Shown: positions 18,390 through 28,087, numbered from the stretch's first letter. The stretch: 64,000 nt of DNA from Acidobacteriota bacterium (GCA_049967655.1 JBMFSH010000006.1:57791-121790), one strand, 5' to 3'. Translations and numbers: made by a program. Notes: generated by a model from the sequence alone, not told the origin.

Positions 18390-19262
18390 TCACCTTCTCT
18401 TTTCCAAAATCTCCACGACGATGTCGCCGATCCTCAGCAGGTTCTCTTTCGACGAAGCCCCGATGTGAGGTGTCATCAGAACGTTCGGGGCGGAGAGGAG
18501 CGGGCTGGAGGGATCGGGCGGATCCGAAGCCCAGACGTCCGTGCCGTACGCGCGCACCTTGCCCGACCGGAGGGCTTCGGCCAGGTCCTCCTCGACCACG
18601 ACCTTGCCTCGGCTCGTGTTGATGAGGATCACCCCGTCTTTCATCTTGGCGAAGGCCGCCTTGTTCAACATGCCACGGGTTTGATCCGTCAGCGGCGTGT
18701 GGATGCTGAGGTAGTCGGCCTCCTTTAGCACGTCGTCCATGGAGGGCTTGAGCTGGGCGAAGTCGTGGTTCAGCACGAAGGGATCGTAAGCGATGATCTT
18801 CATGCCGAAGGCCTTCGCGCGCTTGGCCACCTCCGTACCGATAAGGCCGATACCCAGCAGGCCCAGGGTCTTCTCGAAGAGCTCGGTGCGCTTGAGCTCC
18901 TTCTTGAGCCACTTCCCCTCCTTCATGGAGGTGTGGGCCTCCACGAGGCGGTTGGGGATGGCAAGCATGAGGGCCATGGCGAGCTCGGCCACCGCCACGG
19001 AGGAGGCTTGAGGCGTGTTCCTGACCTCGATCCCCTTCGCCTTGCAGGCCTCCTTGTCGATGTTGTCGGTGCCCACACCGCCCCGGATCACGAGCTTCAG
19101 GCGTGGCGCCGCCTCGATCACCTCCCGGGTGACCTTGGTCTTGCTCCGGACGAGCAGAACTTCGGCTTCGCCGAGCTTTCCCATGTCCTCGTACACCTCC
19201 CCGAAAGCGGCGAGCCGCTTGGGCAGGGATGCATCGAACGCATCTGCAATCAGGATCTTCAT
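18390..19262 (-). CDS. serA: D-3-phosphoglycerate dehydrogenase (short, no ACT domain)
   Basis: [31 protein letters not shown]; adjacent to serC. Confidence 0.85.
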   Translation of the reverse strand: MKILIADAFDASLPKRLAAFGEVYEDMGKLGEAEVLLVRSKTKVTREVIEAAPRLKLVIRGGVGTDNIDKEACKAKGIEVRNTPQASSVAVAELAMALMLAIPNRLVEAHTSMKEGKWLKKELKRTELFEKTLGLLGIGLIGTEVAKRAKAFGMKIIAYDPFVLNHDFAQLKPSMDDVLKEADYLSIHTPLTDQTRGMLNKAAFAKMKDGVILINTSRGKVVVEEDLAEALRSGKVRAYGTDVWASDPPDPSSPLLSAPNVLMTPHIGASSKENLLRIGDIVVEILEKRR

Positions 19263-19279
19263 TTCCGACCCTCCTTGAA

Positions 19280-19427
19280 ACCACGGAAGCACAGAGACAC
19301 CGAGAGAGGCCTTCTCTCTTCCACCTTCCACAGTTTTTCGACCCAGCTAGTTGCCAATGCCCTGTTGACGCACCGCCCAATTTTTCAAACCACAGTTTTT
19401 TCCTCTGTGCCTCAGAGCCTCCGTGGT
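19280..19427. repeat. 25-bp imperfect terminal inverted repeats built of 8-mer units (MITE-like)
   Basis: ACCACGGAAGCACAGAGACACCGAG (19280-19304) versus the reverse complement of 19403-19427, 20/25 identical. Confidence 0.6.
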
Positions 19428-19432
19428 ATTCA

Positions 19433-20671
19433 TTAGTCCTCGATAAGCCGCACGAGGAGTCCGCTACGCAGCTTGGGCTCGAACCAGGTGGACTTGGGCG
19501 GCATGACCTGGCCGGCGTCCGCCACGCCCATGAGCTGGGTCAGGGAGGTCGGATAGAGGGTGAAGGCCACCGCCCAACCCTCCTTCACCCGCTTCTCCAG
19601 CTCGGCGGTCCCGCGGATGCCGCCCACGAAATCGATGCGCTTGTCGGTCCGAGGATCGTCGATGCCGAGGACCGGGCCCAGCAGATTGTCTTGCAAGATG
19701 GAAACGTCCAGCCCCCTCACCGGGTCCTCGGCGGGAAAGGTCCCCGGCTTGGCCGTCAGGCGGTACCACTTTCCACCGAGAAACATGCCGAACTGCCTCG
19801 CCGCCGACGGTTTCGGGGCAGGCGCCGGAGCCACCTCGAAGGCCGCCTGAACCTTCTCGAGGAACGCTTCGGGAGTGAGACCATTTAAATCCTTCACCAC
19901 CCGGTTGTAGTCCATGATCTGGAGTTGGTCGTGGGGGAAGACCGCGGCCATGAAGTATTCGAAGGGCTCCTCGCCGGTGTGGGTGGCGCTCTTGGCCCTC
20001 AGGGCCTGCCCCGTGCGCACCGCAGCCGCAGTCCGGTGGTGGCCGTCGGCGACGTACAGGGCGGGCACCTCCCCGAAGAGCCGCGTGAGGTCGCTCATAT
20101 CGTCCTGGTCGGCCACCACCCAGACCGTGTGGCCGATGCCGTCCTCCGTCACGATATCGTAGACGGGATCACAGGAGCGGACCCGGTCCACGATCTCGTC
20201 GATCTCCTTCCGAGCCCGGTAGGCCAGGAAGACGGGCTCCGCGTTGGCGTTCTGTTCGGAGACGTGGCGGGTGCGGTCGTCCTCCTTGTCCTTGCGCGTG
20301 AACTCGTGGCGCTTGATGAGCCCCTCCTCGTACTCCCTCACCGAGCAGAGGCACACCAAACCCGCCTGAACGTGCGCGCCCATCCGCTGCTGGTAGACGT
20401 AATAGCAGGGTTGGGCCTCCTTGATGAGGACGCCGTCCGCGATGTAGCGCAGCAGGTTCTCTCTGCCCTTGGCGTAAACCCTGTCGTCGTAGAGCGGCAC
20501 GGAGAGGTCCAAGTCGATTTCGGGTTTTCCCACGTGCAGGAAGGTGTAAGGGTTGCCCTTCGCCAGCTCCCTGGCCTCCTCGGAACTGATAACGTCGTAG
20601 GGAAAGCTCGCCACCCGTGCGGCGAGGTCCGGCTCAGGACGATAGGCGCGAAACGGCTTGATCTTCGACAT
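19433..20671 (-). CDS. DUF1015 family protein
   Basis: KPFRA.RP, PYDVIS, HE.T...KE.DR, YVADGHHR, MPPKSTWFEPKLRSGL. Confidence 0.93.
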   Translation of the reverse strand: MSKIKPFRAYRPEPDLAARVASFPYDVISSEEARELAKGNPYTFLHVGKPEIDLDLSVPLYDDRVYAKGRENLLRYIADGVLIKEAQPCYYVYQQRMGAHVQAGLVCLCSVREYEEGLIKRHEFTRKDKEDDRTRHVSEQNANAEPVFLAYRARKEIDEIVDRVRSCDPVYDIVTEDGIGHTVWVVADQDDMSDLTRLFGEVPALYVADGHHRTAAAVRTGQALRAKSATHTGEEPFEYFMAAVFPHDQLQIMDYNRVVKDLNGLTPEAFLEKVQAAFEVAPAPAPKPSAARQFGMFLGGKWYRLTAKPGTFPAEDPVRGLDVSILQDNLLGPVLGIDDPRTDKRIDFVGGIRGTAELEKRVKEGWAVAFTLYPTSLTQLMGVADAGQVMPPKSTWFEPKLRSGLLVRLIED

Positions 20672-20976
20672 GTTGCCCCCTTCTCGAGATGAGACTTTTA
20701 CCGGATGCTCTCGCCCCCTCCCCGCCCCCGTGAGATGGCCTAGAGTTCAGCATAGTGCAAGGCGCAGGCGCATTCAACACGGCTGGGGCCACGGCTGGGG
20801 CCGCTTCGGCCCATCCTCTTGTCGCGGGCGGCCTGACAGAAGCCGCAGCCAGCCATCCGAGCCTCTCAGCGCACGGGGCCGACCGATCGGCCCGGGCCGG
20901 ACGGCCCGCTGGGCCATTTGGCTCATCCGGGACGCACCGCGGCGGATGGCTCTGTTCCACCGCCCTTCCGGGGGGG

Positions 20977-20985
20977 TGCTATAAT
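20977..20985 (+). promoter_or_regulatory. Extended -10 promoter of proline dehydrogenase
   Basis: TGcTATAAT about 45 nt before the ATG. Confidence 0.6.
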
Positions 20986-21029
20986 GCCGCCTCGCGGACA
21001 TCCGCCCGCGATTCCTGAAGGAGCAGCTC

Positions 21030-21938
21030 ATGTCCATGCTTGCCGTGAGAAGGTCCGTGGCCAACGCCATCCCTGGCCGGCTGGTTCGGGTATTCGCCTC
21101 CCCCTACGTATCCGGGGATTCGATGGAAAAGGGACTGCGCGCGGCCGACGAACTTCACCAAATGAAGGGGATCGACTCCACGATGGACGTGCTGGGCGAG
21201 GCCGAAAAGACCGAGGCCAAGGTCCGACACGCCGTGGACCTCTACCTGAAGACTCTCGCCGCCCTGAAAGAGAGGCCCTACTGCACCATATCAGTGAAAC
21301 CGGGCCATTTCGGTTATTACGTGAGTCCCGACCTCTGCCGCCGCAACATCGAAGAGATGGCCGCCGCCTGCCAGAAGGCGGGCCGTGGCCTGACCATCGA
21401 CATGGAGGATACGGACCTCACCGACTTCACTCTCCAGCTCTACAGGGAGCTCAAGCCCAAGTACCCCATCCTGGGGACGGTCCTCCAAGCCCGCCTCTAC
21501 CGCACCCTCGACGACATCGACAGCCTCGATGGCCTGCAGGCCCATATCCGCGCCTGCATCGGCATCTACAACGTCCCCGAACCGCTGGCGACCCAAAATC
21601 GTCGGGAGATGAAGGAAAACCTTCTTCGGGTGATCCGCAAGCTGTTCGAGCGCGGCCACTACGTCTGCATCGCCACCCACGACGTGGAGACCATCGGCAA
21701 GGCCAGGGGCATCATCGCCGAGATGAAGATCCCCAGGGAGCGGTACGAATTCCAGATGCTCCTCGGCGTACCGCGGGAAAAGGTCCAGCGCCAGCTCGTG
21801 GCCGACGGAGAAAAGGTACGACTCTACGTTCCCTTCGCGGTGGACTGGGACGACGCCATCGCCTATCTCAGGCGGCGCATGGTGGAAAGCCCCTCCATGA
21901 CCGCCCTGGTTCTGAAAAATATCGTCAAGCGGGGCTGA
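21030..21938 (+). CDS. Monofunctional proline dehydrogenase
   Basis: DVLGE, ISVK, IDMED, GTVLQA.L.RT, IATHD, EFQML.G, RLYVPF, Y..RR..E. Confidence 0.88.
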   Translation: MSMLAVRRSVANAIPGRLVRVFASPYVSGDSMEKGLRAADELHQMKGIDSTMDVLGEAEKTEAKVRHAVDLYLKTLAALKERPYCTISVKPGHFGYYVSPDLCRRNIEEMAAACQKAGRGLTIDMEDTDLTDFTLQLYRELKPKYPILGTVLQARLYRTLDDIDSLDGLQAHIRACIGIYNVPEPLATQNRREMKENLLRVIRKLFERGHYVCIATHDVETIGKARGIIAEMKIPRERYEFQMLLGVPREKVQRQLVADGEKVRLYVPFAVDWDDAIAYLRRRMVESPSMTALVLKNIVKRG

Positions 21939-22027
21939 GGGGATCTCCGCCGGTGAGCCCCCGTCGGACTCTCGCGCGGCCGTGGGTTGCCCGTTCGCCC
22001 TTGGGGGCGAGGGCCCTGGGCCGACAC

Positions 22028-22056
22028 TTGACCTTTGAGCAACAGGGACCTATCTT
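22028..22056 (+). promoter_or_regulatory. sigma70-type promoter
   Basis: TTGACC-17 nt-TATCTT. Confidence 0.6.
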
Positions 22057-22059
22057 CTG

Positions 22060-22243
22060 GACAGATGAAGCGTTGGTGACCGATCGCGGGGAAGACGGGC
22101 TCTGCCCGCCGGACCTCGTGGAGAGCATAGAGACGAGCGGGACGGGTGAGGTTCGGTGAGGAAAGGCCCGCATCGTTCGTTGACCCTTCCTTACATCCAT
22201 TTCCCCTCTTCACTCTAAGGGCCCGATCGGGCCCGCTTCTTTT
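22060..22243 (+). ncRNA. Candidate structured small RNA or attenuator leader (family unassigned)
   Basis: Begins after the promoter; 5' and 3' ends can pair around a central bubble; followed by hairpin GGGCCC-GATC-GGGCCC and a U-rich tract. Confidence 0.3.
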
Positions 22244-22349
22244 AGCGGGTGGCGGTTCCGGCGTGATAGACTTCACTCGTGCGGGGGCGGCATCCGCACA
22301 CCCTATGGGCACGGGCGCACGAAGCGCCCTCCACGAAAGGAGTCCAGCC

Positions 22350-23552
22350 ATGGCCCACGACCTCGCCCCCAAAGAGATCATCGCCGAGAAACTCAATCAG
22401 GCGGCGCGGAAGCTAAAGGAGCAAGCCATTGACCTGTGGGTGACCTTCGTCCAGGAGACGAGCGCCGGGGTGGAGCGGGTCTTCTCCTACGTTTCTCCAA
22501 GCCACCTGACCTGGGAGAGCGTGATCGCCGTGACCCCCGCTGGCGAACGGTTCGTCATCTGCGGCAAGTTCGACCAACAGGACTTCGAGGAGTCCGGCCT
22601 CTTCACCGAGGTCTACACCTACGTGGAGGATTTCAAGGAGCCCTTCGGGCGCCTTCTCCAGCGGGTGAGGCCCGGCAAGGTCGCCCTCAACTTCTCGTTC
22701 AACGACCCCACGGCGGACGGCATCACCCACGGCAAGTTCGTCTTTCTTCACGGACTCCTCAAGAAAATGGTTCCCACCGCGGAGGTTGTCTCGGCCGAGG
22801 CGGTGGTCCTCTCGCTCATCTCCAGCAAGAGCCCCATCGAGCGCTCCGCCATCCAAGAGGGAGTGGATCTCACCGTTAAGATCTTTGAAGAGATCGACGC
22901 TTTCCTCAGACCCGGCCTCACGGAGAAAGAGATCTACGGCTTCATCCAGGAGCGTTTCGCCGCCCATGGAGTCACCCCGAGCTTCCAGACCCTCGTCTTC
23001 GCGGGCGACCGCGGGGCTGGATCGGGCCACGGAAGCGCCACGGAGAACGCGGTGCAGCCGGGCGACCTGGTGCACGTGGACATGGGCGTCTTCGTCCGGG
23101 GCTACGCCTCCGACATGCAGCGCACCTGGTATGTCCTGAAGGCGGGCGAAGACCGCGCGCCCGAGCCCGCTCAGAAGGGATTTGACACCATCGTCCGCTC
23201 CATCGAGGCCTCGGGTAAGGCCCTCAAGCCGGGCGGCCAGGGCATCGAGCTCGACACCATCGCCCGAAAAGTGATCACCGATGCCGGCTATCCCGCGTAT
23301 CCCCACGCCCTGGGCCACCAGATCGGCCGCCACGTCCACGACGGCGGAGCGCTCCTGGGCCCGGCCTGGGCCCGCTACCGGAACACCCCCTTCCTGGTTT
23401 TAGAGGAGGGGCAGATCTTCACCCTGGAACCCTCGTTAACCGTTCCAGGCTTTGGAGCGGTGGGTATCGAGGAGGACGTGATCGTCACGCCGGAGGGTGC
23501 CCGCTACATGGCACCGCCCCAGCGCACACTCTGGCTCGTGAGAGGGAAGTAA
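22350..23552 (+). CDS. Xaa-Pro aminopeptidase (M24B)
   Basis: DMG...GYASDMQRT, HALGHQIG..VHD, TLEP, GIEEDV metal ligands. Confidence 0.92.
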   Translation: MAHDLAPKEIIAEKLNQAARKLKEQAIDLWVTFVQETSAGVERVFSYVSPSHLTWESVIAVTPAGERFVICGKFDQQDFEESGLFTEVYTYVEDFKEPFGRLLQRVRPGKVALNFSFNDPTADGITHGKFVFLHGLLKKMVPTAEVVSAEAVVLSLISSKSPIERSAIQEGVDLTVKIFEEIDAFLRPGLTEKEIYGFIQERFAAHGVTPSFQTLVFAGDRGAGSGHGSATENAVQPGDLVHVDMGVFVRGYASDMQRTWYVLKAGEDRAPEPAQKGFDTIVRSIEASGKALKPGGQGIELDTIARKVITDAGYPAYPHALGHQIGRHVHDGGALLGPAWARYRNTPFLVLEEGQIFTLEPSLTVPGFGAVGIEEDVIVTPEGARYMAPPQRTLWLVRGK

Positions 23553-23610
23553 CTTTCTGCCGGACTGGAGCGGCCAAGCCAGTTGCCCTGTACCCGAGGA
23601 GGACCCCGCC

Positions 23611-24147
23611 ATGAGGCCGAGAGCTACCCTTCTGATGGCCGCCGCCCTCTCATCGCTGCTGTTGGCGGCCTGCGGCCCCAGCAAGGAGGAGGTGGCCGCG
23701 CGCGAGGCCGCCCGAAAGGCGGCGGACCTGGCCGCCTTTCAGGCGCGCATCAAAGCCATGGAGGAGGCCTCCAAGCCTCCCGTCCTCACGGCCCGAGACG
23801 CCGTGGTCAAAGGCCCCGAGGGGCTTCAGTACGTGGAGATGAAGGTGGGGACGGGCAGGGAGGCCGCGGACGGATGCACCGTCACGGTCGATTTCATCGG
23901 CTGGGTGGACGGCGTCAAGATCGACAGCTCCTCGGACAGGGGCAAACCCTTCTCCTTCGTGCTCGGCTCTAGCACCGTTATCCCGGGGTGGAACGTCGGC
24001 ATTCTGGGCATGCGAGAGGGGGGTACCCGCCTCCTGATCATCCCACCCGGGCTGGCCTACGGGAGGCAGGGCAAACCGGGATTCGTGGGACCCGACAAGA
24101 CACTTTGGTACCGGATCGAACTGCGGAAGGTCTACCCGCCGCTGTGA
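23611..24147 (+). CDS. FKBP-type PPIase lipoprotein
   Basis: Lipobox LAAC; IDSS.DRG.PF.F.LG...VI.GW..G..GM..GG.R.L.IPP.LAYG. Confidence 0.92.
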   Translation: MRPRATLLMAAALSSLLLAACGPSKEEVAAREAARKAADLAAFQARIKAMEEASKPPVLTARDAVVKGPEGLQYVEMKVGTGREAADGCTVTVDFIGWVDGVKIDSSSDRGKPFSFVLGSSTVIPGWNVGILGMREGGTRLLIIPPGLAYGRQGKPGFVGPDKTLWYRIELRKVYPPL

Positions 24148-24273
24148 GCCCTCCTGCAATAGGGCATCGGCGGGTGGCGTTCTTACGGGTGTGTTGAATC
24201 GAGTCGGCGGACCAGTCGAGGCGTGGGGCAATGGAACCAGCACCGGGCGGGGTGCCTTTTCTGGGAGGGTCAC

Positions 24274-24714
24274 ATGGACACCGTCAAGCGGATCTTAGAA
24301 GAGAAGGGTGCGGAGGTTTTTTCCGTCTCCCCGGAGACCACGGTCATGGATGCCGCCCGTCTGATGTCGGAGCACCGCATCGGCGCCGTGCTGGTCATGG
24401 CCTCGGGCCACGTCCGCGGGATCTTCAGCGAAAGGGACCTCTTGCAGAGGGTTCTCCTGAGGGGCAGCAATTCCGAGTCCCTGCCCGTGAGCGAGGTGAT
24501 GTCCACGGACATGGTGTATGTGACGCCCGACACACCGGTGCGCGAGGCCATGGCCGTCATGACCGAGCGCCGCTGCCGTCACCTTCCCGTGATGGATGAG
24601 GGGCGCCTCTGCGGCATGATCTCCATCGGGGACTGTACCCGCTGGGTCTCACGCGACCAGGACTTCACCATCCGTCACCTGACCGACTACATCGCCAACA
24701 AGTATCCGGGGTAG
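24274..24714 (+). CDS. Tandem CBS domain protein
   Basis: IGAVLV...GIFSERD, RHLPV...GMISIGD. Confidence 0.92.
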   Translation: MDTVKRILEEKGAEVFSVSPETTVMDAARLMSEHRIGAVLVMASGHVRGIFSERDLLQRVLLRGSNSESLPVSEVMSTDMVYVTPDTPVREAMAVMTERRCRHLPVMDEGRLCGMISIGDCTRWVSRDQDFTIRHLTDYIANKYPG

Positions 24715-24717
24715 GGT

Positions 24718-24741
24718 GGAAGTGAGGAAGTGAGGAAGTGA
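24718..24741 (+). repeat. Tandem octamer (GGAAGTGA)x3
   Basis: Read directly from the sequence. Confidence 0.8.
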
Positions 24742-24850
24742 GGAGGGAGAGACACCGGAGGGCCGGCCACCGCCCCTGAGATTGGGTTCCTCCGCTCTTC
24801 TTCCGCGTATCGCTTTCCTGTCTCCCCGTCCCTCTGTTTCCAGCTTTTCC

Positions 24851-25093
24851 CTATCCCTTCAGCACCGTCAGCGACCGTGTCTTGGCCGCCACCTTGGCAA
24901 GGCCTGAGGCCCACCGCCTCCATGAGGGCCTCAATGTCCTTGTGGGCCTATGGGCCTCCTCCTTGATCGTGTGAGGGTTCTCGGAGACAAGGGTGATGCC
25001 CTCCATGGCCCTCCGGAACTCGTCGTCGGAAATCTGGCTTCGCCTGAGAATCCTGCCGTTGCGGCGATTCGCTTTGCCGGCCGCCGTTGTCAT
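24851..25093 (-). pseudogene. rtcB: C-terminal remnant of an RtcB-family RNA ligase gene
   Basis: FRRAMEGI.L......IKEEA / shifted frame AHKDIEALMEAV (24947-24912) / SGLAKVAAKTRSLTVLKG*, resembling the RtcB end (EEAP.AYKDI..V...GLA..VA...PL...KG). Confidence 0.65.
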
Positions 25094-25143
25094 CTCGAAA
25101 ATCCCGTCCCCATAGGGACGGGAGGAAAAACGCTCTGCCCACC

Positions 25144-26166
25144 TCAGTAGCTGTGGGCGTCCAGTCTCACCTTGCCCCTAAAAACCCAGTAGATGCTCGC
25201 GGTATAGGCAAGAACCAGGGGCACTCCGATGCAGGCGATGATGAGCATAATCCCGAGCGTCTTCTGGGAGGAGGCCGCGTTGTAAAGCGTCAGGCTGTTG
25301 GCGGGGTTGGGGTTGGAGAAGACGATGTTCGGGAAGAGACCCACGCCGAAGAGCGCCATGAGGGCCGCCATGGAGGCGCAGGAGGAGAGGAAGGCCCGCA
25401 GGTCCCGGCCGTGGTAGATCTCACGGGGGATGTTGGCGATGGCCAGAATGTTGAGAACGGGCAGCAGGAAGAAGATGGGGTGGGTCTTGATGGTCTCGGT
25501 CATGTGGGGCACGTAGAGCAGCGTCGTGAAGGTCGTGAGGGCGTAGCAGATAATGAAGAAGATGATCGCGTTGTTCACCCAGCCGCGCACCTTGTTGTGC
25601 ATGGCCCCCTCCGTCTTCAGGACCATGTAGATCGAGCCGTGCATCGTGAAGAGGGCGAGGGTCGTCACGCCCACGAGCAGAGGATAGGGGCGGAGCAGCC
25701 CGAGAAAGGTGCCCGCGAATTCATAGTGGGCGTCCAGCGGCACGCCCCAGGCGATGTTGCCCAGGGCAGCGCCGAGCAGGAGGCTCGACAGAATGCTGGA
25801 TACCGAAAAGCTGACGTCCCACATCTGGCGCCACCAGGCGTGCTCCTGCTTGCTCCGGAACTCGATGGCCACGGCCCTGAAGATCAGCCCCACCAGGAGG
25901 AGCACCAGCGCGAGATAGAAGCCCGAGAAGACGGTGGCATATACCATGGGGAAGGCCGCGAAGAGGGCGCCGCCGCCCGTGACCAGCCAGACCTCGTTGC
26001 CGTCCCAGACGGGGCCGATGGCGTTGATCATGGTGCGGCGCTCCTCGTCCGTGTGGGTCAGGAGGTGGAGAGCGCCCACCCCGAGATCGAATCCGTCCAG
26101 CACGGCGTAGCCCGTGAGCAGGACCCCCACCAGCAGAAACCAGATCACGTTCAGGTCGATGTTCAT
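25144..26166 (-). CDS. cydB: Cytochrome bd ubiquinol oxidase subunit II
   Basis: YAVLDGFDLGVG, IGPVWDGNEVWL, FAAFP..YA. Confidence 0.96.
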   Translation of the reverse strand: MNIDLNVIWFLLVGVLLTGYAVLDGFDLGVGALHLLTHTDEERRTMINAIGPVWDGNEVWLVTGGGALFAAFPMVYATVFSGFYLALVLLLVGLIFRAVAIEFRSKQEHAWWRQMWDVSFSVSSILSSLLLGAALGNIAWGVPLDAHYEFAGTFLGLLRPYPLLVGVTTLALFTMHGSIYMVLKTEGAMHNKVRGWVNNAIIFFIICYALTTFTTLLYVPHMTETIKTHPIFFLLPVLNILAIANIPREIYHGRDLRAFLSSCASMAALMALFGVGLFPNIVFSNPNPANSLTLYNAASSQKTLGIMLIIACIGVPLVLAYTASIYWVFRGKVRLDAHSY

Positions 26167-27515
26167 GCCCTGTGTCCCTCCCCGATCACGTCCGCGTCCA
26201 CCGGACCTGCCTTGATCTTATGATCCAGAAGATAGATGAACAGCGCGAAGAGCAGGATGTAAACGAAGGTGAAGAGGATGAGGGAGGTCAGCGTCTCCCC
26301 CGCCGTCACCACGGGCGACAGTGCATCCTTCGTCCGGAGCAGCCCGTAGACGATCCACGGCTGGCGCCCCACCTCAGCGGACACCCAGCCGAGCTGGTTC
26401 GCCAGTTCAGGGAGCACCACGGCCACCACCAGGATCTTGAGGAACCACCCCTTCTCGAAGAGGGTCTTTCGCCACCAGAAAAAGACGCCGAGCGCGCTGA
26501 TGAGGATGAGCGCCATGCCGATGCCCACCATGGCGTGGTAGGTCTGGAAGACGATGTTGACGGGAGGGCGGTCCTCCGGCTTGAAGGCGTCGAGCCCCGT
26601 CACCGGTTTGCTGGCGTCGCCGTAGACCAGCCAGCTCAACATGCCGGGCAGGGCCACCGAGAAGTCCACCTTCTGGCCCGATTCATTGACCCAGCCGAAG
26701 AGGCTGAGGGGCGCGCGGGGTTCGGCGGCCGGGAAGATCCCCTCGTAGGCCGCCAGCTTGGCGGGCTGGTAGTGGGCCACCAGCCTCGCGCTCGTGTCGC
26801 CCGTGACGAGCTGGAGGAGGGAGGCGACCAGCGCGATCACCAGGGCGATTTTCATGGAGGCCTTGGCCAAGTCCATATGGCGCTTCTTCAACAGGTAGAA
26901 GGCGCTCACGCTGATGACGAGGAAGGCGCCCGTCTGAAAGGCCGCCACGAGCACGTGGCTCAAGCGGTCCACGGTGGAGGGGTTGAAGACGACCTGCCAG
27001 AAATCGGTCACCTCCGCCCGCGTCCCGGCGGCCGTCTGGACGATGTGGAATCCCGCCGGCGTCTGCTGCCAGGAGTTGGCTACGATGATCCAGAGGGCGC
27101 TGAAGATGGAGCCGAGCGACACCATGACGGTGGAGAAGAAGTGCATCTTCGGACTCACCCGATCCCATCCGAAGAGCAGGATCGCCAGGAATCCCGATTC
27201 CAGGAAGAAGGCGAAGATTCCCTCCGCCGCCAGGGCGCTACCGAAGACGTCGCCCACGTACCGGGAGTAGGCGGCCCAGTTCGTGCCGAACTGAAACTCC
27301 ATCACGATGCCGGAGGCCACGCCGATGGCGAAGATCAGGCCGAAGACGCGGACCCAGAAGCGGGTCATCGCGTGGTAGACCGGACGGCGCGTCTTCAGGT
27401 ACATCCCCTCCATGACCACCAGGATCAGCCCCAGGCCGATGGTGAGCGGAGGGAAGATGTAATGGAACGCGATCGTCCAAGCGAATTGGAGTCGTCCCAG
27501 GGTCAAGACATCCAT
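26163..27515 (-). CDS. cydA: Cytochrome bd ubiquinol oxidase subunit I (short Q-loop)
   Basis: RLQFA....[39 protein letters not shown]. Confidence 0.96.
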   Translation of the reverse strand: MDVLTLGRLQFAWTIAFHYIFPPLTIGLGLILVVMEGMYLKTRRPVYHAMTRFWVRVFGLIFAIGVASGIVMEFQFGTNWAAYSRYVGDVFGSALAAEGIFAFFLESGFLAILLFGWDRVSPKMHFFSTVMVSLGSIFSALWIIVANSWQQTPAGFHIVQTAAGTRAEVTDFWQVVFNPSTVDRLSHVLVAAFQTGAFLVISVSAFYLLKKRHMDLAKASMKIALVIALVASLLQLVTGDTSARLVAHYQPAKLAAYEGIFPAAEPRAPLSLFGWVNESGQKVDFSVALPGMLSWLVYGDASKPVTGLDAFKPEDRPPVNIVFQTYHAMVGIGMALILISALGVFFWWRKTLFEKGWFLKILVVAVVLPELANQLGWVSAEVGRQPWIVYGLLRTKDALSPVVTAGETLTSLILFTFVYILLFALFIYLLDHKIKAGPVDADVIGEGHRA

Positions 27516-27524
27516 CCAGACCTC

Positions 27525-28034
27525 CTATGTGATCTTCTGACCTTTACCCGATCGGGCCGACCCGATCTTCTCCACGGGCTTTCGCCCACTCCTCATGGGG
27601 CCGTGCTCTCCGCCGCCTCGCTGATTTCGAATGCTGGCCGCAAGGGCATCGAACCGGACGCCGTCCAGGTACTGGGAGAGGTGTTGGGTGGCACCGGCCC
27701 AGGACGCTTGCACGGGGCAGAGTTCGGCCAGCGGGCATGCATTAGCCTGCGTCAGGCAGCTGTTCATGGCGATGGGACCTTCCATCGCCTCGATCACCTC
27801 CCCGAGCGACACCCGCGACGGCGGCCTGGCCAGCGTGACGCCGCCCTTGTTGCCCCGAACGGTGATGAGGATGCCCGCCGCCGAAAGCCGGCTCACGATG
27901 CGTCGGATGAAGGCGGGCGGGATGAGCCGGCTGGCGGCGATCTCGCGCGCCGTCACACGGGCACCCTCCTCCAGCGAGGCCAGGTGCAACACGATACGCG
28001 CCGCGTAGTCCGTCTGCCGACCGATGACGATCAT
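27525..28034 (-). CDS. Rrf2-family transcriptional regulator with three Cys (Fe-S binding likely)
   Basis: TDYA.R, RG..GG..LARPP..SL.EVIEA.EG, C-x6-C-x5-C. Confidence 0.9.
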   Translation of the reverse strand: MIVIGRQTDYAARIVLHLASLEEGARVTAREIAASRLIPPAFIRRIVSRLSAAGILITVRGNKGGVTLARPPSRVSLGEVIEAMEGPIAMNSCLTQANACPLAELCPVQASWAGATQHLSQYLDGVRFDALAASIRNQRGGGEHGPMRSGRKPVEKIGSARSGKGQKIT

Positions 28035-28058
28035 GAATCCACCCTGGTGCGAGATAAT

Positions 28059-28087
28059 AATGTTACACCATGAGTCTCATTTGTCAA
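28059..28087 (-). promoter_or_regulatory. Promoter with overlapping inverted-repeat operator
   Basis: TTGACA-16 nt-TAACAT on minus; AATGAGACTC-ATG-GTGTAACATT imperfect palindrome covers the spacer and -10. Confidence 0.6.

Noticed and set aside
20778..20801. 12-bp direct repeat CACGGCTGGGGC x2
   Set aside because: Two copies only, no spacers; not a CRISPR array and likely a local duplication
22157..22172. GAGGAAAGGCCC resembling the RNase P RNA motif GAGGAAAGUCC
   Set aside because: Mismatch in the core, no matching 3' P4 strand found, and the region is too short
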